A DNA stretch of 64,000 nucleotides from an uncultured Acidobacterium sp. (GCA_964628295.1 CAZVLS010000002.1:681565-745564), one strand, 5' to 3'; counted from the stretch's first letter, positions 20,187-30,865 are shown. Notes: generated by a model not told the origin, from the sequence alone. Program-made: numbers and translations.

Positions 20187-21695
20187 CTACATTTTGACGA
20201 TCCAGAGGCCCCTCTCGGTCTTTAGCAGGACCTTACGACCCCGGGCGACTGCTGGCAAACCCCACGGCCGTAGCGCCGCTACGTAGCGAACGCCAGATTG
20301 CTCCCAGCGTACCCAGTTGCGCTCAGGAAACGCCAGAGCCACCCCTTTGCGCCCCGTTCGCAAGTAAACCAGGCCGGGATTCGAGGAGACGACCGGACCG
20401 GAATCGGCCAAGCCCGTAGACATCCAGTCCAGCACATCTTCAACCTCGCGGGCTTCCGCAATCCAGTTCGGCATGGACGTCGCCTTGGCGCGAAGAAAGA
20501 GGCCATGGTCGATCAAATGGAATCCGATGATCGTCGCGACAAGGATGCGAGCGGCAGCTGGCTGCATCATCCCGCGCCACAGGAACAGCAACAGGAACGG
20601 CGCCAGCGGAACCACGTAGCGGATCGTCTGGGAGCCGACCGTCGCAATCATGGCGATGGACGCTGCGACGAGCAGCGCCGGCAACGACCACCACGATGCC
20701 GTTCTGGCCAGGCCAATCATCATGACCACGGCCAGCAAGCCGGAGATGATCATCGTGCCGGTCGCGCCGCCCATGCTGCCGCGGCCGGGCTCCCCGACCG
20801 AAATGACTTCCTCGCCACTCTCGGAAGGTCCGCGATACAGCGTCGGCAGGAACAGCGCCCCTACATCGCGCGTCAGCATGTCGCCGACGTTTCGCGCGCC
20901 GCGCCGCACGAACTCGCCCGCCGAGACAGCGGTTCCAATCGCGCCGGGCCGCTCCATCGCGAGCAACTGTTCGTACGTGTAGGCGATGGTGCCGCCGTGG
21001 GCCATCCGCTCTTCCAGGGTCGGCGCATTCGCCCGCGCGTACACCTGCCACGGCAGCACAAGTGCCGCGGCGGTCGCGGCAAATACGGCAGCCTGGCGCC
21101 ACCGGCGATTCACCAGGAAGTACGCGAGGCCTGCCGCCACCGTGGCGATCCCAGCCACGCGAACCAGCATCGTCGCCGCCGCCATGCATCCTGCGGCCAC
21201 CGGGCGACGCACATCTGCTGCATCGCGACGCATCGCGCGTTCAACCGCGATCACCGTGAGCAACTGAACGAGCATGAACACGTTCTCTGCCATCACGGCC
21301 GATGTCGCCAGGAAGACCAGAGCCGGCGTCAGGACGACGGCGGCCGTCATCCACACCGCGGCATCGCGATCCAGCTGCCGGTGACGTGTGTAGTCGTACC
21401 AGCAGGCCGCACCAACGCCGGCCATTGCGGCGATCGACACCGACTTGAGCAGGATGACGTTGCCTGGGTACGAGGGAAAGAACCAGAACACGATCGAGAG
21501 CAGCGCGGGAAATCCTGGAGGCACCGACGGCATGATCGGCGGCTCCGAGGAGCTGATCAGGCGGAACCCCTCGCCCAGGGACAACGCCTTCCCCAGCACC
21601 ATGTACCACCCATCGTCGAGGAGCAGGCCGGCGTAGGGATCGAGCCGAAACAGGTAGATGGCGGCCACGATGGCGATCGTGACGGCTACTTTCAA
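20187..21695 (-). CDS. Polytopic membrane protein, GT-C (ArnT/PMT-like) glycosyltransferase candidate
   Basis: First loop LLDDGWYMVLGKALSLGEG...PPGFPALL resembles the GT-C acidic loop signature; ~10-11 hydrophobic segments plus a soluble C-terminal domain. Confidence 0.6.
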   Translation of the reverse strand: MKVAVTIAIVAAIYLFRLDPYAGLLLDDGWYMVLGKALSLGEGFRLISSSEPPIMPSVPPGFPALLSIVFWFFPSYPGNVILLKSVSIAAMAGVGAACWYDYTRHRQLDRDAAVWMTAAVVLTPALVFLATSAVMAENVFMLVQLLTVIAVERAMRRDAADVRRPVAAGCMAAATMLVRVAGIATVAAGLAYFLVNRRWRQAAVFAATAAALVLPWQVYARANAPTLEERMAHGGTIAYTYEQLLAMERPGAIGTAVSAGEFVRRGARNVGDMLTRDVGALFLPTLYRGPSESGEEVISVGEPGRGSMGGATGTMIISGLLAVVMMIGLARTASWWSLPALLVAASIAMIATVGSQTIRYVVPLAPFLLLFLWRGMMQPAAARILVATIIGFHLIDHGLFLRAKATSMPNWIAEAREVEDVLDWMSTGLADSGPVVSSNPGLVYLRTGRKGVALAFPERNWVRWEQSGVRYVAALRPWGLPAVARGRKVLLKTERGLWIVKM

Positions 21696-21705
21696 TACCG
21701 TGCCC

Positions 21706-23139
21706 TCATTCGCGCTTGAGGCCGTGCTTCTTCATCAAGTAGCGGAACTGACGGAAGCTGAGGCCCAGCACGTCGGCGGCACGCGTCTGCACGCCGCCGG
21801 CGCGATCCAGCGCTCGCTCGAGGTGAGAGCGCTCGATGTCCTGCAGGTGGCGTTCGAGGCTGAAGCCGTCGCCGGTATCCATCGCCTCCCCTGCCCGCGG
21901 CGTTGCCGGGCGGCCCTCGCGCAGGTATTCAGGCAACGCCGAGCGTTCGATGCGATCGCCGGACTCGAGCGCGACCGATCGCTCCACCACGTTCTCGAGT
22001 TCGCGGACGTTCCCTGGCCAGGGGTAGGCGCGCAGCGCCGCCATCGCATCCGGAGAAAAGCCCGACACCTGCTTGTTCATCTCGGCGGTGAACTTCGCCA
22101 GGAAGTAGTCAGCGATCAGCGGGATGTCTTCGGGACGTTCGCGCAGCGGCGGCACGTTCACCGGAATCACGTTCAGCCGATAGAACAGGTCTTCGCGGAA
22201 CTTGCCTTCGCCCACCTGCTTCGGCAAATCGCGATTCGTGGCCGCGATCACGCGGATGTTGGATGCCGCTTCCTCGGTACCTCCGACACGCCGATAGCGA
22301 CGCTCCTGCAGGACGCGCAGCAGCTTGACCTGCATGGTCGGCGGCATCTCCCCGATCTCGTCGAGAAACACCGTGCCGCCTTCCGCCGCTTCGATCAAAC
22401 CCTTCTTGTCCTTGTCGGCTCCCGTAAAGGCACCGCGCACGTGGCCAAACAACTCCGACTCGAGGAGCGCCTCGGGCATCGCGCCGCAGTTCACGGCGAC
22501 AAACGGACGATCGCGCCGCAGCGACAACTGGTGAATGGCCCGGGCGACGAGTTCCTTGCCGGTACCGGACTCGCCGGAGATCAGCACCGTGCTGTTGGTG
22601 CGGCACACGGTCTCGACCAGGCGGAACACCTCGAGCATCACGGCGCTGCGTCCGATGATCCCGCCGAAACCCTGCTCGGCAGTGGTGTGGCGCAGCACGA
22701 CGTTCTCGTGACGCAGCCGCCGCGACTCGAGCAACTGCCGCACCTGCATCGTCACCAGGTTGACGTCGCGGAACGGCTTCTCGAACAGCGCCTCGGCGCC
22801 CAGCGCCTTCGCCGCGGTCCAATCCTCGGAATCCTGCGTCCAGTGCGCCGTCATCATCGTGACGATCACATCAGGCGCCGTGTCGCGGATCGATTTCAAC
22901 AGCGACACGCCGTCAAGGCGCGGCATGCGAATGTCGGTGAGCACGACGTCCACGTACTCGCGCGCGATGATTTCGCGCGCCACGGCGCCGTCTTCGGCGA
23001 TCAGCACGTCAAAGCCGTCGCGCTGGAACAAGAGACGCATCCACTCGCGCATCGATTGCTCGTCGTCCGCAATCAGGATGCGCGGCTTCTCGCCGGTTCC
23101 TGCCCCCTGGTCCCCGACCCCTGTTCCCTTGTGCTTCAC
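21706..23139 (-). CDS. pilR: Sigma54-dependent response regulator PilR
   Basis: Receiver domain, [27 protein letters not shown]; follows pilS and precedes pilA. Confidence 0.85.
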   Translation of the reverse strand: MKHKGTGVGDQGAGTGEKPRILIADDEQSMREWMRLLFQRDGFDVLIAEDGAVAREIIAREYVDVVLTDIRMPRLDGVSLLKSIRDTAPDVIVTMMTAHWTQDSEDWTAAKALGAEALFEKPFRDVNLVTMQVRQLLESRRLRHENVVLRHTTAEQGFGGIIGRSAVMLEVFRLVETVCRTNSTVLISGESGTGKELVARAIHQLSLRRDRPFVAVNCGAMPEALLESELFGHVRGAFTGADKDKKGLIEAAEGGTVFLDEIGEMPPTMQVKLLRVLQERRYRRVGGTEEAASNIRVIAATNRDLPKQVGEGKFREDLFYRLNVIPVNVPPLRERPEDIPLIADYFLAKFTAEMNKQVSGFSPDAMAALRAYPWPGNVRELENVVERSVALESGDRIERSALPEYLREGRPATPRAGEAMDTGDGFSLERHLQDIERSHLERALDRAGGVQTRAADVLGLSFRQFRYLMKKHGLKRE

Positions 23140-24815
23140 GACGCCTGGCGCTCCGAACGAACATCATTACGTGCTGGAAACGTGACCCTGAACACGGTGC
23201 CGGCACCAGGCCTGGGCTTGACGTCGATCTGCCCGCCGTAGTCAGTGACAATGCGGTGAACGATCGCGAGGCCGAGGCCTGTGCCTTTGCCGAACGAGCC
23301 GCGGAATGGCTGGAAGATCGTGTCGAGTTCCTCCGCGGGAATGCCGACGCCTTCATCCTCTACCAGCAGCACGGCCGCCTGGCCTTCAGGCGTCGGTTCG
23401 CTGACGGCGCTCAGCACCAGCGTGCCCCCGTTTGGCATCGCGCGCAGCCCGTTGGTGGCGAGATTCCAGACGATCTGGCGCACCTGTCCCTCATCCGCAT
23501 GCACGGGCACGGCGGCATCCGGAAGACGCACCTCGACTTCGTGCTGGTCTCCAACCTCGGTGCTGTTGCGCAGCAGCATGGCCGTTTCCTGCACGATCGT
23601 CCGGAGGTCAAGCTGCTGGACTGCGAAGCGCTGCGGACGCGCATACGCCAGGAATGACTTGATCGTCTGATTGAGGCGCTCGGATTCCTTCAACACGATA
23701 TCCATCAACTGCGCCTGGTCTGCGGAGAGCGGCAGTTCCTGCCGCAGCATCTGCATCGAGCCGGACATGGACGCCAGCGGGTTGCGAATCTCGTGCGCGA
23801 TGCCGGCGGCCATTTCGCCCACCGCCGCGAGGCGCTGCTGCAGCCGGGCGCTCTGCTCGAACCGACGGATATCGGTGACGTCCTGGAACGTATAGATGAA
23901 GCCGCGCGTACCGTCGGGCAACGGCAACGACGCCACGCTCAATCCGATCTCGATCGACGACCCCTTCGGCTGCCGCAGGATGTAGTCGGTGCGCTTGCTG
24001 CGCAGGCGCGCGAGGTCCTGAGACAGGCTGGCCGCAAACGCGGGCGGCAACTGCAATACTTCGGCGGCGGGCTCACCGATCGGCAGCGGGCCGTCGCGGC
24101 CGGTAATCATCATCGCGGAGCGGTTGAACGTGACGAGCCGGTTCTCGGCATCCGCCGTCGCCAGTCCGCTCAACAGGTTGTCGAGCACGTACTGATTGAA
24201 TGCCTGCAGGTCGGCGATCTCTTCCGTCGCCTGTTCGAGTTGCGCTTCACCGCGCCGCGCGCGCTCGGCAAGTGAGCCACTCAACACCGCCACGCCAAAG
24301 AAGCCGAACGCGTTGAGTGCCACCGTGTACTGCGCCACGTTGACCGGCGGCAGGTCCGTGGCCACCAGGTCGCCGTACGGAAGCTCGAGATAGCCGTTGG
24401 CGCTGAGGTACTGCGCGACCACCACGCCGACGAACAGGATGGTATTGAGCACCGCCAACTGGATGCCGCCGCGACGAAACTGCACCGTGCTGGCGGCAAC
24501 GATCGGCATCATGTAGAGGATCACGAACAGGCTCTCGACCCCGCCGGTGATCAGCACGGCGGCGGACACCACGATCGAGTCGATGGCGAAATGAACGTCC
24601 GTCAGCCACGGCAGGCGCTCGACGAACTGGAGGGAGGCAATGAAGCCGAGGCTGACCGCGAAGGTCAGCCCGACCAGGAAATAGAACGGATTGATCGGCA
24701 GCGCGCCCGGCGAGCGCAACTGCACCACCACGGCGGCGCCCAGCAGCACCGTCGCCACCAGCAGGCGCACGGCGATGTGGACGGCGAGGCGCCGCCGCAG
24801 GATCGGATCCTTCAT
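23136..24815 (-). CDS. pilS: Sensor histidine kinase PilS
   Basis: Six N-terminal TM segments, PAS, AAGIAHEIRNPL, GTGLGL; true start MKDPILRR at 24815 (TGATG overlap with pilC). Confidence 0.85.
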   Translation of the reverse strand: MKDPILRRRLAVHIAVRLLVATVLLGAAVVVQLRSPGALPINPFYFLVGLTFAVSLGFIASLQFVERLPWLTDVHFAIDSIVVSAAVLITGGVESLFVILYMMPIVAASTVQFRRGGIQLAVLNTILFVGVVVAQYLSANGYLELPYGDLVATDLPPVNVAQYTVALNAFGFFGVAVLSGSLAERARRGEAQLEQATEEIADLQAFNQYVLDNLLSGLATADAENRLVTFNRSAMMITGRDGPLPIGEPAAEVLQLPPAFAASLSQDLARLRSKRTDYILRQPKGSSIEIGLSVASLPLPDGTRGFIYTFQDVTDIRRFEQSARLQQRLAAVGEMAAGIAHEIRNPLASMSGSMQMLRQELPLSADQAQLMDIVLKESERLNQTIKSFLAYARPQRFAVQQLDLRTIVQETAMLLRNSTEVGDQHEVEVRLPDAAVPVHADEGQVRQIVWNLATNGLRAMPNGGTLVLSAVSEPTPEGQAAVLLVEDEGVGIPAEELDTIFQPFRGSFGKGTGLGLAIVHRIVTDYGGQIDVKPRPGAGTVFRVTFPARNDVRSERQAS

Positions 24816-26032
24816 CAAGTCAGCTTGCTGATCAGGTCGAAGATCGGCATATACATCGCGATGACAATGCCGCCGACGGCTCCGCCCAGGAACGCGATCA
24901 TCACGGGTTCCAGGAGCGTCAGCAGGCCTTCCACCGCCACGTCGACTTCTTCCTCGTAGAAGTCGGCGATCTTGGCCAGCATCGTATCGAGCGCGCCGGT
25001 GGCTTCTCCGACGCCGATCATCTGCACCACCATGCCCGGGAACACGCCGGTTTCCTTGAGTGGCGCCGCGATCGTTTCGCCGCGCTCGATACTCTTGCGC
25101 GTCGTCTGGATCGCGTCCTCGATAATCGCGTTGCCCGAGGTCTTCGCCGTGATGTCGAGACCGTCGAGAATCGGCACGCCCGACGCCATCAACGTCGATA
25201 ACGTGCGGCAGAATCGCGCCACCGCGATCTTGCGCAGGATCGGTCCGAGGATCGGCACCTTCAGCGTGATCGCGTCGATCACGCGACGGCCACCTTCGGT
25301 CGCGTAGTAGGAGCGGAACGCCCACCCGAACGCGAAGAAGCCGACGAAGATGAAGGGCATGAACGTAATCAGGTTGTTGCTGAGCGAGATGACAATGCGC
25401 GTCGGCAGCGGCAGCTCGGCGCCGAGGCCGGCAAACAACGCCGCGAACGTCGGAATCACCTTCCACAAGATCACGCCGATCACGACACCGGCGATCACGA
25501 TGACGGCGATCGGGTAGATCATCGCCGACTGTACCTGGCTCTTCAGCTTGACGGCCTTTTCAATGTAGGTCGCCAGGCGCTTCAGGATGGTGTCGAGAAT
25601 ACCGCCCGCCTCGCCCGCCGCGATCATGTTGCAGAACAGCGCGTCGAAGCACTTCGGATGGCGCTTCATCGCCTCGGCCAGCGACATGCCGCCTTCGACG
25701 TCGGAGCGCGTCTGCAGGATCACCTGCGAGAAGTACTTGTGCTCTTCCTGGTTGCCGAGAATGTCGAGGCACTGGACCAGCGGCAGGCCGGCGTCGATCA
25801 TCACCGAGAACTGGCGGGTGAACACCGCGAGGTTCTTGGCCGGCACGCCACGGGCCTTCAGCTTGCGGGCCTGCGCGGTCGCACCGGTCTTGGCCTGGGC
25901 CGGCTGGATCCGCGTGACCTGGATCTGCTCGCGGCGCAAGGCCGCGACCACGGCGTCCATCGTGTCGCCGATGCGTTCGCCCGACACGCTTTCGCCGGTC
26001 CGGGTCCGTCCTGAAAATGCAAAGGTCGCCAT
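24815..26032 (-). CDS. pilC: Type IV pilus platform protein PilC (GspF family)
   Basis: FTRQFSVMIDAGLPL, AGEAGGIL, SAMIYP, GEATGALDTML, LEPVMI. Confidence 0.95.
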   Translation of the reverse strand: MATFAFSGRTRTGESVSGERIGDTMDAVVAALRREQIQVTRIQPAQAKTGATAQARKLKARGVPAKNLAVFTRQFSVMIDAGLPLVQCLDILGNQEEHKYFSQVILQTRSDVEGGMSLAEAMKRHPKCFDALFCNMIAAGEAGGILDTILKRLATYIEKAVKLKSQVQSAMIYPIAVIVIAGVVIGVILWKVIPTFAALFAGLGAELPLPTRIVISLSNNLITFMPFIFVGFFAFGWAFRSYYATEGGRRVIDAITLKVPILGPILRKIAVARFCRTLSTLMASGVPILDGLDITAKTSGNAIIEDAIQTTRKSIERGETIAAPLKETGVFPGMVVQMIGVGEATGALDTMLAKIADFYEEEVDVAVEGLLTLLEPVMIAFLGGAVGGIVIAMYMPIFDLISKLT

Positions 26033-26056
26033 AGCAACTCCGGGGGGAGCGTAAGT

Positions 26057-27196
26057 TTACCGAACCGGCGGCCGCGCGCCCGGCGGAGGTCCGCCCGGCC
26101 GGCCCATGCCGGCGCCGGCCACGACGCCGGCACCGCGGTTAATCATCTCCTGCAACTCTTCGCGATTGGATGATGCGCCCATCGCGGTCTCGAGCGTGAT
26201 CAAGCGACGGAAATACAACGTCGCCAGCGACTGGTTCATCGTCTGCATGCCGAGCTTCTCCTGCCCGGTCTGCATCGCCGAATAGATCTGGTGCACTTTG
26301 TCTTCACGAATCAGGTTGCGGATGCCCGGCGTCGGGACGAGGATCTCGAGTGACACGACGCGGCCTTTGCCGTCGGCCCTCGGCAACAGCGCCTGGCAGA
26401 CGATGCCTTCGATGACCAGCGACAGCTGCGTTCGGATCTGCGCCTGCTGATGCGACGGGAACACGTCGATGATGCGGTTGATGGTCGACGCCGCCGAGTT
26501 GGTGTGCAGCGTGCCGAACGTCAAGTGACCGGTTTCCGCAATGCGCAGTGCCGATTCCACCGTCTCCAGGTCGCGCATTTCGCCGATCAGCACCACGTCC
26601 GGATCCTCACGCAGGGCGGCGCGCAGCGCGTTGGTGAAGCTGTCGGTGTCGCTATGGATCTCGCGCTGGTTGATCAGGCAGTTCTTGTGCTGGTGGATGT
26701 ATTCGATCGGGTCTTCAACCGTCAGGATGTGGCCACGACGCTCGACGTTGATCTTGTCGATCATCGCCGCCAGCGTCGTGGACTTGCCGCTGCCCGTGGG
26801 GCCGGTGACGAGGACCAGCCCGCGCGGACGCTCGGCGAGCTTGGCCATGACGGCCGGCAAGCCGAGCTCGTCGAACGCACGGATCTTCTCGGGGATCTGG
26901 CGATAGACGGCGCCGACCGCCCCTTTCTGGTTGAACATGTTGCAGCGGAAGCGCGCCAGGCCGCGAATGCCGAAGGAGAAATCGAGCTCCTTGGTTTCTT
27001 CGAAGCGCTTCTTCTGCGCGTCGGTCAGGACCGCGTACGCCAGCGACTTCGTCTCGGTCGCGGTCAGCTCGGGATGCTGCGTCATCTTCTCGAGCTCACC
27101 GTGCACGCGCGTCTGCGGAGGTGAGCCAATCGACAGATGCAAGTCCGAGCCCTGCATCGCAACCATTTCTTTCAACAAATCTGGAAGTGTCGCCAT
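26057..27196 (-). CDS. pilT: Pilus retraction ATPase PilT
   Basis: GPTGSGKSTT, EDPIE, ALREDPDVVLIGEMRD, TLHTNSA, GMQTMNQSL. Confidence 0.95.
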   Translation of the reverse strand: MATLPDLLKEMVAMQGSDLHLSIGSPPQTRVHGELEKMTQHPELTATETKSLAYAVLTDAQKKRFEETKELDFSFGIRGLARFRCNMFNQKGAVGAVYRQIPEKIRAFDELGLPAVMAKLAERPRGLVLVTGPTGSGKSTTLAAMIDKINVERRGHILTVEDPIEYIHQHKNCLINQREIHSDTDSFTNALRAALREDPDVVLIGEMRDLETVESALRIAETGHLTFGTLHTNSAASTINRIIDVFPSHQQAQIRTQLSLVIEGIVCQALLPRADGKGRVVSLEILVPTPGIRNLIREDKVHQIYSAMQTGQEKLGMQTMNQSLATLYFRRLITLETAMGASSNREELQEMINRGAGVVAGAGMGRPGGPPPGARPPVR

Positions 27197-27204
27197 AGTG
27201 TGCT

Positions 27205-27240
27205 TATCCGGGCAATCCGTGTAATCCGTGTAATCCGTGG
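27205..27240. repeat. 9-mer tandem repeat (AATCCGTGT)n between pilB and pilT
   Basis: tatccgggc aatccgtgt aatccgtgt aatccgtgg. Confidence 0.75.
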
Positions 27241-27241
27241 A

Positions 27242-29026
27242 TCACTTCACGGTTTCCCGGAGTACCTCTTCGATCGTCGTGACGCCTTCGGTAATCTTGC
27301 GCAATCCGCTGCCGCGCAGCGTAATCATCCCCTCTTCAATCGCTTTTCGGCGCAATTCAAGTGCCGATGCGCCCACCAGGATCAATTCACGCAACTCGTC
27401 CGTGATTTCCATCACTTCGTAAAGACCGACGCGGCCTTTGTAGCCGGTCTTATTACATTTTTCGCAGCCGCTGCCCTTTTTCGGTTTGACCGACGCGGCC
27501 AGGTCCGGCGTGAAGCCAATCTGCTCGAGCGCCGGCGGCGGCACGTCGTCTTCGATCTTGCAGTTCACGCAGACGCGCCGCACGAGGCGCTGGGCGCACA
27601 CCAGGTTCAGGGAACTGGCCACGAGGAACGGCTCGATGCCCATGTTCATCAAGCGGTTGATCGTGCTCGGCGCATCGTTGGTGTGCAGCGTCGACAGCAC
27701 CAGGTGGCCGGTGAGCGCCGCCTTCACCGCGATTTCAGCGGTTTCAAAGTCGCGGATTTCGCCGACCAGGATGATGTTCGGGTCCTGGCGCAGGAAGCTC
27801 CTGAGCGCCGCCGCGAAGTTGAGGCCGATGCTCTCACGCACCTGCACCTGGTTGACGCCCAGCAGGTTGAACTCGACCGGATCTTCCGCGGTCATGATGT
27901 TCGTCTCGGGCGTGTTGACCTTCGAGATCGACGAGTAGAGCGTGTTGGTCTTGCCGCTGCCGGTCGGGCCGGTGACGAGCACCATGCCCCACGGCTTCTG
28001 GATCTGCGTCTCGAGTTTCTTCAGCGACTCCGGCTCGAACCCCAGCTTCGTCATGTCGAGCATCAACTTGCCCTTGTCGAGCAGGCGCATGACGATCTTC
28101 TCGCCAAACAGCGTCGGCAGGCACGACACGCGGAAGTCGATGTCCTTCGCCTGTCCCGCGTCGCTGAAGCGGATCTTGATGCGGCCGTCTTGCGGAAGAC
28201 GCTTCTCGGCGATGTCGAGCTTCGCCATGATCTTGATGCGCGACGTGATGGCGTCACGCATCTTCAGCGGCGGCGCCATGATGTTGTAGAGAATGCCGTC
28301 GATGCGGTAGCGGACGCGATATTCCTTTTCGTACGGCTCGATGTGGATGTCGCTGGCGCCCTTGGAGATCGCCGACATCAAGACGACGTTGACGAGCTTG
28401 ATGACCGGCGCTTCCTCACCCTGGCGGGTGAGCATCTCCGCGCTGATTTCCTCGAGCTCCTCCATGACCTCGACGTCGCCGGCGGCGTCGAGCATGGCGG
28501 GCATATCACTGAGCGAACGCGCGGCGGCATCAAGCGCGCTCTCTCCCGGAATCTCCTGCGTGACCACCGGTCCGCCGGCCTTGGGCTTCTCGCTCGCGCC
28601 GCCGGCGGCGTAGTACTTGTCGATGGAATCGAGGACCGCGGTTTCTGACGCGACGACCGGCTCGACGTTGTAGCCGGTCATGAACTTCACGTCGTCCATC
28701 GCAAAGACGTTGGTCGGATCGGTCATCGCGATCGTCAGCGTCGCGCCGGCGCGGCTGAGCGGCACGATCTGGTACTTGCGCGCCGTTTCGGCGGGCACCA
28801 GCTTGATCACCGCCGGATCGATCTCGAATTGATTCAGGGCAATCGACGGCACGCCGTACTGCTTCGACAGCAGCGCGGTGATCTCCTCGTCCTTGACGTA
28901 TCCAAGCTTCACGAGATTGGCGCCGAGCTTGCCGCCATTCGTGCGCTGGTAGTTCAGGGCTTCCTGGAGTTGTTCCGCCGAAATGCGCTTCTCTTTGAGA
29001 AGCAGTTCCCCAATTCGAACCGGCAT
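27242..29026 (-). CDS. pilB: Pilus assembly ATPase PilB
   Basis: N-terminal MshEN-like RIGELL..LG, ASDIHIEP, GPTGSGKT, LRQDPNIILVGEIRD, zinc CxxC pairs. Confidence 0.95.
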   Translation of the reverse strand: MPVRIGELLLKEKRISAEQLQEALNYQRTNGGKLGANLVKLGYVKDEEITALLSKQYGVPSIALNQFEIDPAVIKLVPAETARKYQIVPLSRAGATLTIAMTDPTNVFAMDDVKFMTGYNVEPVVASETAVLDSIDKYYAAGGASEKPKAGGPVVTQEIPGESALDAAARSLSDMPAMLDAAGDVEVMEELEEISAEMLTRQGEEAPVIKLVNVVLMSAISKGASDIHIEPYEKEYRVRYRIDGILYNIMAPPLKMRDAITSRIKIMAKLDIAEKRLPQDGRIKIRFSDAGQAKDIDFRVSCLPTLFGEKIVMRLLDKGKLMLDMTKLGFEPESLKKLETQIQKPWGMVLVTGPTGSGKTNTLYSSISKVNTPETNIMTAEDPVEFNLLGVNQVQVRESIGLNFAAALRSFLRQDPNIILVGEIRDFETAEIAVKAALTGHLVLSTLHTNDAPSTINRLMNMGIEPFLVASSLNLVCAQRLVRRVCVNCKIEDDVPPPALEQIGFTPDLAASVKPKKGSGCEKCNKTGYKGRVGLYEVMEITDELRELILVGASALELRRKAIEEGMITLRGSGLRKITEGVTTIEEVLRETVK

Positions 29027-29086
29027 GGTGTGTTACTAAACGCTCCGTCTCGCCTGTTGGCCCGCAGGCCCGCTCGCCCTGTGGGC

Positions 29087-30037
29087 CTAGAAAAACACCC
29101 GCGCTCCGATCCTCCAGGAGCGCTGCTCCGCTTGTCCGCGGGTGACGTGCGCCTCGAGCAGCATCCCCGCTGATAACCCCGCCGAGACGCCCGCGGCCAC
29201 CGCCGCACGCGCGTCCCCGGTCGTGCTCCGCCGGAGGCCGGCTCGCACGCCGAGCCTCTGGTTGAGCCACCAGGTTTCGACGCCGCCGGCGAGGTCGCGA
29301 CGCGCGCCCCCTGCCGCCGGGCGCGAGGTGATGTCGCTGTCCACCGACACGATGACGCGCGAAATTCCGGTCCACCCCGATCCCCACGCGGCGCCCACTC
29401 TCACTTCGCGTTCCAGTTCGATCGTCTCATGCGCACTCGGCGTGCCCGCCGGCGCCCTGGCGAAGGCGGGCGTGGTGAGATTACGCGCCACCATCCCGAC
29501 GCGAAACTTGTTCACCGACACCATGACACCGGCGTCGACGTCGAACGCGTTCGTGGACCCGCCGCGAACGAACTTCGGCGTGGCGCCAACGATGACGTGT
29601 TCCGACAGCGATTGCACGAGAGACACGCCGACCGCAGACGCCTGCACACTGCGCAACACTTCTTCTCGGCTCGGGGCGCCCGGCGCTGCAGGCTCAGCCG
29701 CGGCTTTCCCAAAGGCGTCGAGTCGATAGTATGCAACCCCTAACGCGGTCGCCGACATGCCGACCATGGCGGTCGTATCCCATTGACTGGCAGATGGTTG
29801 TCCCGGATTCGGCGCCGTGCGCCATCTGCCATAATCAATGACGGCGCTGACAAACGCACCCGTACCGATGCCCGCAGGGTTCCAATAGACCGCGGACGCG
29901 TCGTCCGCGACCGCCACGAAGGCTCCAGCCATCCCCGCTGCCCGTCCGCCTGGAAAGGACTGGGCATTTACCGCGTCGGCCGACGCCGCTGCGAGGAATG
30001 CCGCAAACAGGGCCCGGTTGCGAATCTTCGTGAACAT
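29087..30037 (-). CDS. Putative outer-membrane beta-barrel (TraF/PorV/FadL-like)
   Basis: Signal peptide, GRAAGMAGAFVAVADDASAVYWNPAG N-terminal motif, alternating beta pattern, C-terminal Phe. Confidence 0.6.
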   Translation of the reverse strand: MFTKIRNRALFAAFLAAASADAVNAQSFPGGRAAGMAGAFVAVADDASAVYWNPAGIGTGAFVSAVIDYGRWRTAPNPGQPSASQWDTTAMVGMSATALGVAYYRLDAFGKAAAEPAAPGAPSREEVLRSVQASAVGVSLVQSLSEHVIVGATPKFVRGGSTNAFDVDAGVMVSVNKFRVGMVARNLTTPAFARAPAGTPSAHETIELEREVRVGAAWGSGWTGISRVIVSVDSDITSRPAAGGARRDLAGGVETWWLNQRLGVRAGLRRSTTGDARAAVAAGVSAGLSAGMLLEAHVTRGQAEQRSWRIGARVFF

Positions 30038-30175
30038 GAAATATTATTTTTGATTAAGCAAAATCACGCCGGTTCTGCAGGCGTTTGAAACAAAAAGTCT
30101 ATCGTATTCAGCGATTTGGAAGGCTAACAAGAAACCAATGCTCGTCTATCATCGTATCTCTCAGCAAAGGAAGTT

Positions 30176-30865
30176 TTGATGAACCGTGTGACGGGTGTCC
30201 TGTTGCACCCTCGGTCCACCATGGTCGAGGTCGTGCGGAACCCGGCCTTCATCACGACTTGGGTCGTCGTGCTTCTCGCCGTGGTCGTCTGTGGCGGGTG
30301 GCTCATCTCGACACCGGTAGGCAAGCAAGCGCTCGTCGACGAGCGTGTGCGAGTGACCGAAGCGCTTGGCCAGCGCGTCGATGACGCCAGTTACGCGCGC
30401 CTGCAGGCGGATCCACCGGTCTCGACCTATTGGACGAGCGGCGGACGGCTGCTGTTGACGCCGCCCGTGACGCTGCTGATTGCGGCGGGCTTGATGGTGC
30501 TGGCGCGGCTCGACGGCGCCCAGTTGGGGTACCGGACTGCCCTGGCGATTGCGGTGCATGCCACCGTGATCCTGGCGGTCCAGCAGATCGTTGCAACGCC
30601 CGTGCATTACCTGTACGAGTCGTTGACGAGCCCGACGAACCTGGCAGGCATCCTTCGCCTCTTCGACGAAGGCAGCCTGCCCGCTCGCTTGTTCGGCACG
30701 ATCGACGTGTTCGGACTGTGGTGGATGTGGCTGCTGAGCCTCGGGCTCGCGGCCGCGGCCGGCAAGCCGGCCCGGCGATACGCCGTGCAGTTGCTGGCCG
30801 TCTATGTAGGCATCGCGGCGGTGGTGGCGACACTGTTCGCGGTGCTGGGTGGCAGTGGCATTTGA
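30176..30865 (+). CDS. Yip1-domain membrane protein (YknW-like)
   Basis: VLLHPRSTM..V..NP start, ~5 TM segments, IDVFGLWW motif; first gene of the exporter operon. Confidence 0.7.
   Translation: MMNRVTGVLLHPRSTMVEVVRNPAFITTWVVVLLAVVVCGGWLISTPVGKQALVDERVRVTEALGQRVDDASYARLQADPPVSTYWTSGGRLLLTPPVTLLIAAGLMVLARLDGAQLGYRTALAIAVHATVILAVQQIVATPVHYLYESLTSPTNLAGILRLFDEGSLPARLFGTIDVFGLWWMWLLSLGLAAAAGKPARRYAVQLLAVYVGIAAVVATLFAVLGGSGI

Noticed and set aside
23136-25466. 776-aa PilS as listed in the ORF track
   Set aside because: The upstream ~216 codons overlap pilC in another frame; the real start is ATG 24815
27205-27240. Short tandem arrays as CRISPR
   Set aside because: Units are 7-9 nt with no spacers and no cas genes
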